From: the human T2T-CHM13v2.0 reference genome, Homo sapiens
Length of the DNA: 64,000 nucleotides
Reading direction: 5' to 3' (one strand)
Assembly (NCBI RefSeq): GCF_009914755.1
Contig: NC_060948.1
Below the pieces are notes generated by a model. That model was not told the origin of the DNA. It made no database searches and saw nothing but the letters and a program-made list of their open reading frames with translations. This document shows positions 26,501-40,500 of this stretch, one piece after another. A program made the translations under genes and the position numbers. Position 1 is the first letter of the stretch, and every line of letters begins with the position of its first letter.

Positions 26501-29500
26501 AATGATTTGGCATGGAATGGAATCGAATGGCATCGAATGGAATGGAATGGAATGCAATGGAATGGAATGTATTAGAATGTAATGAACTTTAATGGAATGT
26601 ACTCGAATGGATTCGACTGGAATGGAATGTTCTGGAAGTGAATGGACTCCAATGGAATGGATTCAAAAGGAATGGAATCGTACGGAATGGAATCTAATGG
26701 AATGGAATTAAATGGAAATGAATCAAATTGAATAGCACGGAATTGAATTGAATGGAATGGAATGCAATGGAATCTAATGAAACGGAAAGGAAAGGAATGG
26801 AATGGAATGGAATGGGCTGGAATGGAAAGGAATCGAAACGAATGGAATGGAATCGAACTGAAGAGACTGGAATGGAATGCACTGGAATGGAAGGGAGTGT
26901 AATGGAAGGTTCTCGAAAAAAATGGAATGGAATGGAATGGAACTGAATGGAACGGAATAGAGTCGAATGGAATTGAATGGAATGGAATGGACTAGAGTGA
27001 AATGGAATCGAACCACAAGGAATGGACAGGAATAGAATGGTCTCGAATTGAATGGAATCGTATGGAATGGCATCAAACGGAATGGAATGGACAGCCACGG
27101 AATGGAATGCACTCGAATGCAATGGAGTCGAAACTAATGGACTGGAATAGAATGGACTCGACTGGTACGGACTCCAATGGAATGGAATCGAATGGAAGGG
27201 AATCGAACGGAATGGACTCGAAGGGAAAAGACTGCAATGGAAAGGTCTCGAATGGAATGGAAATTAATGGAATGGAATGGAATCGAATGAAATGGAGTCA
27301 AAAGGAATGGAATCGAATGGCAAGAAATCGAATGTAATGGAATCGCAAGGAATTGATGTGAACGGAACGGAATGGAATGGAATCCAAAGGAATGGAATAG
27401 AATGGAATGGAATCGAATGGAAAGGACTCGAATGGAAATCACTCGAATAGAATGCAATTTAATAAAATAGGATCAAATGTAATGGAATGGAATGGAAAGG
27501 AATCGAAACGAAAGGAATGGAGACAGATGGAATGGAATGGAACAGAGAACAATGGTATAGAATGGAATGGAATCATCTGGAATGGAATTGAATGGAATGG
27601 AATAATATGAAATGGAATGGAATGGAATGGAATGGAATGCCCTTGAATTAAATGGACTGGAATGGAATGGACTCGAACAGAGTGGAATGGAAAGTGTTGA
27701 GATAGAATGGAATGGACTCCTTTGGAATGGTCTAGTATGCAATGCAATCGACTGGCAGGGAATCAAAAGGAATGTAATGGAATGGATTGGACTGGAATGC
27801 AATGGACTCGAATAGATTGGAAACGGAATGCAAAGGAATGGAATGGAATAGTATGGAATGGAATGGAAAGGAATGGAGTGGAATAGACTAGAGTGGAATG
27901 GAATGGACTGGAAAGCAATGGACTGGAATGGAACTTTATTGAATGGACTGGAATCAAACGGAATGGAATGCAATGCAATCAAATGGCATGGAATAAAATA
28001 GAATGAAAGAGAATCAAATGGAATTGAATCGAATGGAATCGAATGGATTGGAAAGGAATAGAATGGAATGGAATGGAATTGACTCAAATGGAATGGACTA
28101 GAATGGAATGGATTCGAATGGAAGGCAAAGGAATGGAATCTATTGGAATGGACTGTAATGGAATGGAATGGAAGGGATTGGAATGGACTCGAATGGAATG
28201 GACTGCAATAGAAAGGATTCGAATGGAATGAAAAAGAATTGAATGGAGTAGAACAGAATGGAATCAAATCGAATGAAATGGAATGGAATAGAAAGGAATG
28301 GAATGAAATGGAATGGAAAGGATTCGAATGGAATGCAATCGAATGGAATGGAATCGAACGGAATGGAATAAAATGGAAGAAAACTGGCAAGAAATGGAAT
28401 CGAAATGAATGGAGTGTTATGGAACGGACTCAAAAGGAATTGAATGTAATAGAATGGAGTGGAGTGGACTCGAATATAATGGACTGGAATGGAATGAAAT
28501 CACATGGAATGGGAACGAATGGAATGGAATGGAAAGGAATGGAATCGAATGGAAAGGAATCGAATGGAAGGGAATGAAATTAAATCAACAGGAATGGAAG
28601 GGAATAGAATAGACGGTAATGGAATGGACTCGAATAGAATGGACACGAATGCTCAAATTGAATGGACTCGAATGGAATGGAAACGAAAGGAATGTCATCG
28701 AATGGAATTGAATCGATTGGAATGAAATCGCATAGAATGGAGTGGAATCAAATGGAATTGAATCGAAAGGAAAGGAAGCGAATGGACTGAAATGAAATGG
28801 AATGGAATTGAATGGAAAGTAATGCAATGGAATAGAATGGAACGAAATTTCACGGAATGGAATCAAACTGAATGGAATCAAATCAATGGAATCTAATCAA
28901 ATGGAATGGAAAGGAATTGAATGGAGTAGATTGGATTGGATGGGATTGGAATGAAATGTACTGGAAAGGACTCGAATTTCATGAAACGGAATGGAATGAA
29001 TTGGAACGGAATGGACTCGAATGGAATGGAATGTCATGGAATGGCATCAAATGGAATGGCATCAAATGGAATGGAATCGAATGCAATGGAATGCTATGGA
29101 ATGGAATGGAATGCATTGGAATGGAATGTCCTCTAATGGAATGGATTCGAGTGGAATGGAATCGAATATAATGGAGTCTAATGAAATGGAATTGAAAGGA
29201 ATGGGATCGAATAGAATGGAATATACTGAAATGTAATGTAATGAACTCGAATGTAATTGACTGGAATGGAATGTACATGAATGGAATGTAATCGAATGGA
29301 AAGTAATCCAATGGAATAGAATCTAATGCAATAAAACCGACTCAGATAGAGTAGAATGTAATGGAATGGAGTGCAGTGCAATGGAATGGAATGGAATTGA
29401 ATGCAATGGAATGGAATGGAATGGAATGGAATGGAATGGAATGGAATGGGATGGAATGGTATGGAATGGATAGTAATGGACTGGAGTGAAATGGACTGGA

Positions 29501-32500
29501 AAGGAATGGACTCAAATTGAAAGGGCTCGAAAGGAATGGAGTCAAATGGAATGGTCTGGAATGGAATGAACACGAATGTAATGCAATCCAATAGAATGGA
29601 AACGAATGGCATGGAATATAAAGAAATGGAATCGAAGAGAATGGAAACAAATGGAATGGAATTGAATGGAATGGAATTGAATGGAATGGGAAGGAATGGA
29701 GTGAAATTGTATGCAGTAGAAGGGAATAGAATGGAATGCAAGCGAAAGGAAAGGAATGGATTGGAATGGAATGGAATTCATTGGAATGGAAGGGAATGTA
29801 GTGTAATGGACAGGCCTGGAATAAAGTGGAATGCTACGGTCTCGAATGGAATAAAAATGTATGGAATGGAATGCAATGAATCGGAATCGAATGTCATAGA
29901 ATGTAATGGAATGCAACAAAATGGAATCCAAAATCATTGACTGGAAAGGCTGGGTGTCGAAAGGAATTGACTCCAATGGAATGGAATCGAATGGAATGGA
30001 AGTGAATAGAATCGAACTAAATCGAACGGAATGGAATTGACAGGAACGGAATGGAAAGGAATGCAATGATTTGGCATGGAATGGAATCGAATGGCATCGA
30101 ATGGAATGGAATGGAATGCAATGGAATGGAATGTATTAGAATGTAATGAACTTTAATGGAATGTACTCGAATGGATTCGACTGGAATGGAATGTTCTGGA
30201 AGTGAATGGACTCCAATGGAATGGATTCAAAAGGAATGGAATCGTACGGAATGGAATCTAATGGAATGGAATTAAATGGAAATGAATCAAATTGAATAGC
30301 ACGGAATTGAATTGAATGGAATCGAATGCAATGGAATCTAATGAAACGGAAAGGAAAGGAATGCAATGGAATGGAATGGGCTGGAATGGAAAGGAATCGA
30401 AACGAATGGAATGGAATCGAACTGAAGAGACTGGAATGGAATGCACTGGAATGGAAGGGAGTGTAATGGAAGGTTCTCGAAAAAAATGGAATCGAATGGA
30501 ATGGAATTGAATGGAACGGAATAGAGTCGAATGGAATTGAATGGAATGGAATGGACTAGAGTGAAATGGAATCGAACCACAAGGAATGGACAGGAATAGA
30601 ATGGTCTCGAATTGAATGGAATCGTATGGAATGGCATCAAACGGAATGGAATGGACAGCCACGGAATGGAATGCACTCGAATGCAATGGAGTCGAAACTA
30701 ATGGACTGGAATAGAATGGACTCGACTGGTACGGACTCCAATGGAAGGGAATCGAATGGAAGGGAATCGAACGGAATGGACTTGAAGGGAAAAGACTGCA
30801 ATGGAAAGGTCTCGAATGGAATGGAAATTAATGGAATGGAATGGAATCGAATGAAATGGAGTCAAAAGGAATGGAATCGAATGGCAAGAAATCGAATGTA
30901 ATGGAATCGCAAGGAATTGATGTGAACGGAACGGAATGGAATGGAATCCAAAGGAATGGAATAGAATGGAATGGAATCGAATGGAAAGGACTCGAATGGA
31001 AATCACTCGAATAGAATGCAATTTAATAAAATAGGATCAAATGAAATGGAATGGAATGGAAAGGAATCGAAACGAAAGGAATGGAGACAGATTTAATGGA
31101 ATAGAACAGAGAGCAATGGTATAGAATGGAATGGAATCATCTGGAATGGAATTGAATGGAATGGAATAATATGAAATGGAATGGAATGGAATGGAATGGA
31201 ATGCCCTTGAATTAAATGGACTGGAATGGAATGGACTCGAACAGAGTGGAATGGAAAGTGTTGAGATAGAATGGAATGGACTCGTTTGGAATGGTCTAGT
31301 ATGCAATGCAATCGACTGGCAGGGAATCAAAAGGAATGTAATCGAATGGATTGGACTGGAATGCAATGGACTCGAATAGATTGCAAACGGAATGCAAAGG
31401 AATGGAATGGAATAGTATGGAATGGAATGGAAAGGAATGGAGTGGAATAGACTAGAGTGGAATGGAATGGACTGGAAAGCAATGGACTGGAATGGAACTT
31501 TCTTGAATGGACTGGAATCAAACGGAATGGAATGCAATGCAATCAAATGGCATGGAATAAAATAGAATGAAAGAGAATCAAATGGAATTGAATCGAATGG
31601 AATCGAATGGATTGGAAAGGAATGGAATGGAATGGAATGGAATGGACTAGAATGGAATGGATTCGAATGGAAGGCAAAGGAATGGAATCTATTGGAATGG
31701 ACTGTAATGGAATGGAATGGAAGGGATTGGAATGGACTCGAATGGAATGGACTGCAATAGAAAGGATTCGAATGGAATGAAAAAGAATTGAATGGAATAG
31801 AACAGAATGGAATCAAATCGAATGAAATGGAATGGAATAGAAAGGAATGGAATGAAATGGAATGGAAAGGATTCGAATGGAATGCAATCGAATGGAATGG
31901 AATCGAACGGAATGGAATAAAATGGAAGAAAACTGGCAAGAAATGGAATCGAAATGAATGGAGTGTTATGGAACGGACTCAAAAGGAATTGAATGTAATA
32001 GAATGGAGTGGAGTGGACTCGAATATAATGGACTGGAATGGAATGAAATCACATGGAATGGGAACGAATAGAATGGAATGGAAAGGAATGGAATCGAATG
32101 GAAAGGAATCGAATGGAAGGGAATGAAATTGAATCAACAGGAATGGAAGGGAATAGAATAGACGGTAATGGAATGGACTCGAATAGAATGGACACGAATG
32201 CTCAAATTGAATGGACTCGAATGGAATGGAAACGAAAGGAATGTCATCGAATGGAATTGAATCGATTGGAATGAAATCGCATAGAATGGAGTGGAATCAA
32301 ATGGAATTGAATCGAAAGGAAAGGAAGCGAATGGACTGAAATGAAATGGAATGGAATTGAATGGAAAGTAATGCAATGGAATAGAATGGAACGAAATTTC
32401 ACGGAATGGAATCAAACTGAATGGAATCAAATCAATGGAATCCAATCAAATGGAATGGAGTAGATTGGATTGGATGGGATTAGAATGAAATGTACTGGAA

Positions 32501-34599
32501 AGGACTCGAATTTCATGAAACGGAATGGAATGAATTGGAACGGAATGGACTCGAATGGAATGGAATGTCATAGAATGGCATCAAATGGAATGGCATCAAA
32601 TGGAATGGAATCGAATGCAATGGAATGCTATGGAATGGAATGGAATGCATTGGAATGGAATGTCCTCTAATGGAATGGATTCGAGTGGAATGGAATCGAA
32701 TATAATGGAGTCGAATGAAATGGAATTGAAAGGAATGGGATCGAATACAATGGAATATACTGGAATGTAATGTAATGAACTCGAATGTAATTGACTGGAA
32801 TGGAATGTACATGAATGGAATGTAATCGAATGGAAAGTAATCCAATGGAATAGAATCTAATGCAATAAAATCGACTCAGATAGAGTAGAATGTAATGGAA
32901 TGGAGTGCAGTGCAATGGAATGGAATCGAATGGAATGCAATGGAATGGAATGGAATGGAATGGGATGGAATGGTATGGAATGGATGGTAATGGACTGGAG
33001 TGAAATGGACTGGAAAGGAATGGACTCAAATTGAAAGGGCTGGAAAGGAATGGAGTCAAATGGAATGGTCTGGAATGGAATGAACACGAAAGTAATGCAA
33101 TCCAATAGAATGGAATCGAATGGCATGGAATATAATGAAATGGAATCGAAGAGAATGGAAACAAATGGAATGGAATTGAATGGAATGGAATTGAATGGAA
33201 TGGGAACGAATGGAGTGAAATTGTATGCAGTAGAAGGGAATAGAATGGAATGCAAGCGAAAGGAAAGGAATGGATTGGAATGGAATGGAATTCATTGGAA
33301 TGGAAGGGAATGTAGTGTAATGGACAGGCCTGGAATAAAGTGGAATGCTACGGTCTCGAATGGAATAAAAATGTATGGAATGGAATGCAATGAAACGGAA
33401 TCGAATGTCATAGAATGTAATGGAATGCAAAAAAATGGAATCCAAAATCATTGACTGGAAAGGCTGGGTGTCGAAAGGAATTGACTCCAATGGAATGGAA
33501 TCGAATGGAATGGAAGTGAATAGAATCGAACTAAATCGAATGGAATGGAATTGATAGGAACGGAATGGAAAGGAATGCAATGATTTGGCACGGAATGGAA
33601 TCGAATGGCATCGAACGGAATGGAATGGAATGCAATTGAATGGAACGTATTAGAATGTAATGAGCTTTAATGGAATGTACTCGAATGGATTCGACTGGAA
33701 TGAAATGTTCTGGAAGTGAATGGACTCCAATGGAATGGATTCAAAAGGAATGGAATCGTACGGAATGGAATCTAATGGAATGGAATTAAATGGAAATGAA
33801 TCAAATTGAATAGCATGGAATTGAATTGAATGGAATCGAATGCAATGGAATCTAATGAAACGGAAAGGAAAGTAATGGAATGGAATGGAATGGGCTGGAA
33901 TGGAAAGGAATCGAAACGAATGGAATGGAATCGAACTGACGAGACTGGAATGGAATGCACTGGAATGGAAGGGAGTGTAATGGAAGGTTCTCGAAAAAAA
34001 TGGAATCGAATGGAATGGAATTGAATGGAACGGAATAGAGTCGAATGGAATTGAATGGAATGGAATGGACTAGAGTGAAATGGAATCGAACCACAAGGAA
34101 TGGACAGGAATAGAATGGTCTCGAATTGAATGGAATCGTATGGAATGGCATCAAACGGAATGGAATGGACAGCCACGGAATGGAATGCACTCGAATGCAA
34201 TGGAGTCGAAACTAATGGACTGGAATAGAATGGATTCGACTGGTACGGACTCCAATGGAATGGAATCGAATGGAAGGGAATCGAACGGAATGGACTCGAA
34301 GGGAAAAGACTGCAATGGAAAGGTCTCGAATGGAATGGAAATTAATGGAATGGAATGGAATCGAATGAAATGGAGTCAAAAGGAATGGAATCGAATGGCA
34401 AGAAATCGAATGTAATGGAATCGCCAGGAATTGATGTGAACGGAACTGAATGGAATGGAATCCAAAGGAATGGAATAGAATGGAATGGAATCGAATGGAA
34501 AGGACTCGAATGGAAATCACTCGAATAGAATGCAATTTAATAAAATAGGATCAAATGTAATGGAATGGAATGGAAAGGAATCGAAACGAAAGGAATGGA

Positions 34600-37500
34600 G
34601 ACAGATGGAATGGAATGGAACAGAGAGCAATGGTATAGAATGGAATGGAATCATCTGGAATGGAATTGAATGGAATGGAATAATATGAAATGGAATGGAA
34701 TGGAATGGAATGGAATGCCCTTGAATTAAATGGACTGGAATGGAATGGACTCGAACAGAGTGGAATGGAAAGTGTTGAGATAGAATGGAATGGACTCGTT
34801 TGGAATGGTCTAGTATGCAATGCAATCGACTGGCAGGGAATCAAAAGGAATGTAATCGAATGGATTGGACTGGAATGCAATGGACTCGAATAGATTGCAA
34901 ACGGAATGCAAAGGAATGGAATGGAATAGTATGGAATGGAATGGAAAGGAATGGAGTGGAATAGACTAGAGTGGAATGGAATGGACTGGAAAGCAATGGA
35001 CTGGAATGGAACTTTCTTGAATGGACTGGAATCAAACGGAATGGAATGCAATGCAATCAAATGGCATGGAATAAAATAGAATGAAAGAGAATCAAATGGA
35101 ATTGAATCGAATGGAATCGAATGGATTGGAAAGGAATAGAATGGAATGGAATGGAATGGACTAGAATGGAATGGATTCGAATGGAAGGCAAAGGAATGGA
35201 ATCTATTGGAATGGACTGTAATGGAATGGAATGGAAGGGATTGGAATGGACTCGAATGGAATGGACTGCAATAGAAAGGATTCGAATGGAATGAAAAAGA
35301 ATTGAATGGAATAGAACAGAATGGAATCAAATCGAATGAAATGGAATGGAATAGAAAGGAATGGAATGAAATGGAATGGAAAGGATTCGAATGGAATGCA
35401 ATCGAATGGAATGGAATCGAACGGAATGGAATAAAATGGAAGAAAACTGGCAAGAAATGGAATCGAAATGAATGGAGTGTTATGGAACGGACTCAAAAGG
35501 AATTGAATGTAATAGAATGGAGTGGAGTGGACTCGAATATAATGGACTGGAATGGAATGAAATCACATGGAATGGGAACGAATAGAATGGAATGGAAAGG
35601 AATGGAATCGAATGGAAAGGAATCGAATGGAAGGGAATGAAATTGAATCAACAGGAATGGAAGGGAATAGAATAGACGGTAATGGAATGGACTCGAATAG
35701 AATGGACACGAATGCTCAAATTGAATGGACTCGAATGGAATGGAAACGAAAGGAATGTCATCGAATGGAATTGAATCGATTGGAATGAAATCGCATAGAA
35801 TGGAGTGGAATCAAATGGAATTGAATCGAAAGGAAAGGAAGCGAATGGACTGAAATGAAATGGAATGGAATTGAATGGAAAGTAATGCAATGGAATAGAA
35901 TGGAACGAAATTTCACGGAATGGAATCAAACTGAATGGAATCAAATCAATGGAATCCAATCAAATGGAATGGAGTAGATTGGATTGGATGGGATTGGAAT
36001 GAAATGTACTGGAAAGGACTCGAATTTCATGAAACGGAATGGAATGAATTGGAACGGAATGGACTCGAATGGAATGGAATGTCATAGAATGGCATCAAAT
36101 GGAATGGCATCAAATGGAATGGAATCGAATGCAATGGAATGCTATGGAATGGAATGGAATGCATTGGAATGGAATGTCCTCTAATGGAATGGATTCGAGT
36201 GGAATGGAATCGAATATAATGGAGTCGAATGAAATGGAATTGAAAGGAATGGGATCGAATACAATGGAATATACTGGAATGTAATGTAATGAACTCGAAT
36301 GTAATTGACTGGAATGGAATGTACATGAATGGAATGTAATCGAATGGAAAGTAATCCAATGGAATAGAATCTAATGCAATAAAATCGACTCAGATAGAGT
36401 AGAATGTAATGGAATGGAGTGCAGTGCAATGGAATGGAATCGAATGGAATGCAATGGAATGGAATGGAATGGAATGGAATGGAATGGAATGGGATGGAAT
36501 GGTATGGAATGGATGGTAATGGACTGGAGTGAAATGGACTGGAAAGGAATGGACTCAAATTGAAAGGGCTGGAAAGGAATGGAGTCAAATGGAATGGTCT
36601 GGAATGGAATGAACACGAAAGTAATGCAATCCAATAGAATGGAATCGAATGGCATGGAATATAATGAAATGGAATCGAAGAGAATGGAAACAAATGGAAT
36701 GGAATTGAATGGAATGGAATTGAATGGAATGGGAACGAATGGAGTGAAATTGTATGCAGTAGAAGGGAATAGAATGGAATGCAAGCGAAAGGAAAGGAAT
36801 GGATTGGAATGGAATGGAATTCATTGGAATGGAAGGGAATGTAGTGTAATGGACAGGCCTGGAATAAAGTGGAATGCTACGGTCTCGAATGGAATAAAAA
36901 TGTATGGAATGGAATGCAATGAAACGGAATCGAATGTCATAGAATGTAATGGAATGCAAAAAAATGGAATCCAAAATCATTGACTGGAAAGGCTGGGTGT
37001 CGAAAGGAATTGACTCCAATGGAATGGAATCGAATGGAATGGAAGTGAATAGAATCGAACTAAATCGAATGGAATGGAATTGATAGGAACGGAATGGAAA
37101 GGAATGCAATGATTTGGCACGGAATGGAATCGAATGGCATCGAACGGAATGGAATGGAATGCAATTGAATGGAACGTATTAGAATGTAATGAGCTTTAAT
37201 GGAATGTACTCGAATGGATTCGACTGGAATGGAATGTTCTGGAAGTGAATGGACTCCAATGGAATGGATTCAAAAGGAATGGAATCGTACGGAATGGAAT
37301 CTAATGGAATGGAATTAAATGGAAATGAATCAAATTGAATAGCATGGAATTGAATTGAATGGAATCGAATGCAATGGAATCTAATGAAACGGAAAGGAAA
37401 GTAATGGAATGGAATGGAATGGGCTGGAATGGAAAGGAATCGAAACGAATGGAATGGAATCGAACTGACGAGACTGGAATGGAATACACTGGAATGGAAG

Positions 37501-40500
37501 GGAGTGTAATGGAAGGTCCTCGAAAAAAATGGAATCGAATGGAATGGAATTGAATGGAACGGAATAGAGTCGAATGGAATTGAATGGAATGGAATGGACT
37601 AGAGTGAAATGGAATCGAACCACAAGGAATGGACAGGAATAGAATGGTCTCGAATTGAATGGAATCGTATGGAATGGCATCAAACGGAATGGAATGGACA
37701 GCCACGGAATGGAATGCACTCGAATGCAATGGAGTCGAAACTAATGGACTGGAATAGAATGGATTCGACTCGTACGGACTCCAATGGAATGGAATCGAAT
37801 GGAAGGGAATCGAACGGAATGGACTCGAAGGGAAAAGACTGCAATGGAAAGGTCTCGAATGGAATGGAAATTAATGGAATGGAATGGAATCGAATGAAAA
37901 GGAGTCAAAAGGAATGGAATCGAATGGCAAGAAATCGAATGTAATGGAATCGCAAGGAATTGATGTGAACGGAACGGAATGGAATGGAATCCAAAGGAAT
38001 GGAATAGAATGGAATGGAATCGAATGGAAAGGACTCGAATGGAAATCACTCGAATAGAATGCAATTTAATAAAATAGGATCAAATGTAATGGAATGGAAT
38101 GGAAAGGAATCGAAACGAAAGGAATGGAGACAGATGGAATGGAATGGAACAGAGAGCAATGGTATAGAATGGAATGGAATCATCTGGAATGGAATTGAAT
38201 GGAATGGAATAATATGAAATGGAATGGAATGGAATGGAATGGAATGCCCTTGAATTAAATGGACTGGAATGGAATGGACTCGAACAGAGTGGAATGGAAA
38301 GTGTTGAGATAGAATGGAATGGACTCGTTTGGAATGGTCTAGTATGCAATGCAATCGACTGGCAGGGAATCAAAAGGAATGTAATGGAATGGATTGGACT
38401 GGAATGCAATGGACTCGAATAGATTGGAAACGGAATGCAAAGGAATGGAATGGAATAGTATGGAATGGAATGGAAAGGAATGGAGTGGAATAGACTAGAG
38501 TGGAATGGAATGGACTGGAAAGCAATAGACTGGAATGGAACTTTCTTGAATGGACTGGAATCAAACGGAATGGAATGCAATGCAATCAAATGGCATGGAA
38601 TAAAATAGAATGAAAGAGAATGAAATGGAATTGAATCGAATGGAATCGAATGGATTGGAAAGGAATAGAATGGAATGGAATGGAATTGACTCAAATGGAA
38701 TGGACTAGAATGGAATGGATTCGAATGGAAGGCAAAGGAATGGAATCTATTGGAATGGACTGTAATGGAATGGAATGGAAGGGATTGGAATGGACTCGAA
38801 TGGAATGGACTGCAATAGAAAGGATTCGAATGGAATGAAAAAGAATTGAATGGAATAGAACAGAATGGAATCAAATCGAATGAAATGGAATGGAATAGAA
38901 AGGAATGGAATGAAATGGAATGGAAAGGATTCGAATGGAATGCAATCGAATGGAATGGAATCGAACGGAATGGAATAAAATGGAAGAAAACTGGCAAGAA
39001 ATGGAATCGAAATGAATGGAGTGTTATGGAACGGACTCAAAAGGAATTGAACGTAATAGAATGGAGTGGAGTGGACTCGAATATAATGGACTGGAATGGA
39101 ATGAAATCACATGGAATGGGAACGAATGGAATGGAATGGAAAGGAATGGAATCGAATGGAAAGGAATCGAATGGAAGGGAATGAAATTGAATCAACAGGA
39201 ATGGAAGGGAATAGAATAGACGGTAATGGAATGGACTCGAATTGAATGGACACGAATGCTCAAATTGAATGGACTCGAATGGAATGGAAACGAAAGGAAT
39301 GTCATCGAATGGAATTGAATCGATTGGAATGAAATCGCATAGAATGGAGTGGAATCAAATGGAATTGAATCGAAAGGAAAGGAAGCGAATGGACTGAAAT
39401 GAAATGGAATGGAATTGAATGGAAAGTAATGCAATGGAATAGAATGGAACGAAATTTCACGGAATGGAATCAAACTGAATGGAATCAAATCAATGGAATC
39501 TATTCAAATGGAATGGAAAGGAATTGAATGGAGTAGATTGGATTGGATGGGATTGGAATGAAATGTACTGGAAAGGACTCGAATTTCATGAAACGGAATG
39601 GAATGAATTGGAACGGAATGGACTCGAATGGAATGGAATGTCATGGAATGGCATCAAATGGAATGGCATCAAATGGAATGGAATCGAATGCAATGGAATG
39701 CTATGGAATGGAATGGAATGCATTGGAATGGAATGTCCTCTAATGGAATGGATTCGAGTGGAATGGAATCGAATATAATGGAGTCGAATGAAATGGAATT
39801 GAAAAGAATGGGATCGAATACAATGGAATATACTGGAATGTAATATAATGAACTCGAATGTAATTGACTGGAATGGAATGTACATGAATGGAATGTAATC
39901 GAATGGAAAGTAATCCAATGGAATAGAATCTAATGCAATAAAATCGACTCAGATAGAGTAGAATGTAATGGAATGGAGTGCAGTGCCATGGAATGGAATG
40001 GAATGGAATGCAATGGAATGGAATGGAATGCAATGGAATGGAATGGAATGGAATGGAATGGGATGGAATGGTGTGGAATGGATAGTAATGGACTGGAGTG
40101 AAATGGACTGGAAAGGAATGGACTCAAATTGAAAGGGCTCGAAAGGAATGGAGTCAAATGGAATGGTCTGGAATGGAATGAACACGAATGTAATGCAATC
40201 CAATAGAATGGAATCGAATGGCATGGAATATAAAGAAATGGAATCGAAGAGAATGGAAAAAAATGGAATGGAATTGAATGGAATGGAATTGAATGGAATG
40301 GGAACGAATGGAGTGAAATTTTATGCAGTAGAAAGGAATAGAATGGAATGCAAGCGAAAGGAAAGGAATGGATTGGAATGGAATGGAATTCATTGGAATG
40401 GAAGGGAATGTAGTGTAATGGACAGGCCTGGAATAAAGTGGAATGCTACGGTCTCGAATGGAATAAAAATGTATGGAATGGAATGCAATGAAACGGAATC

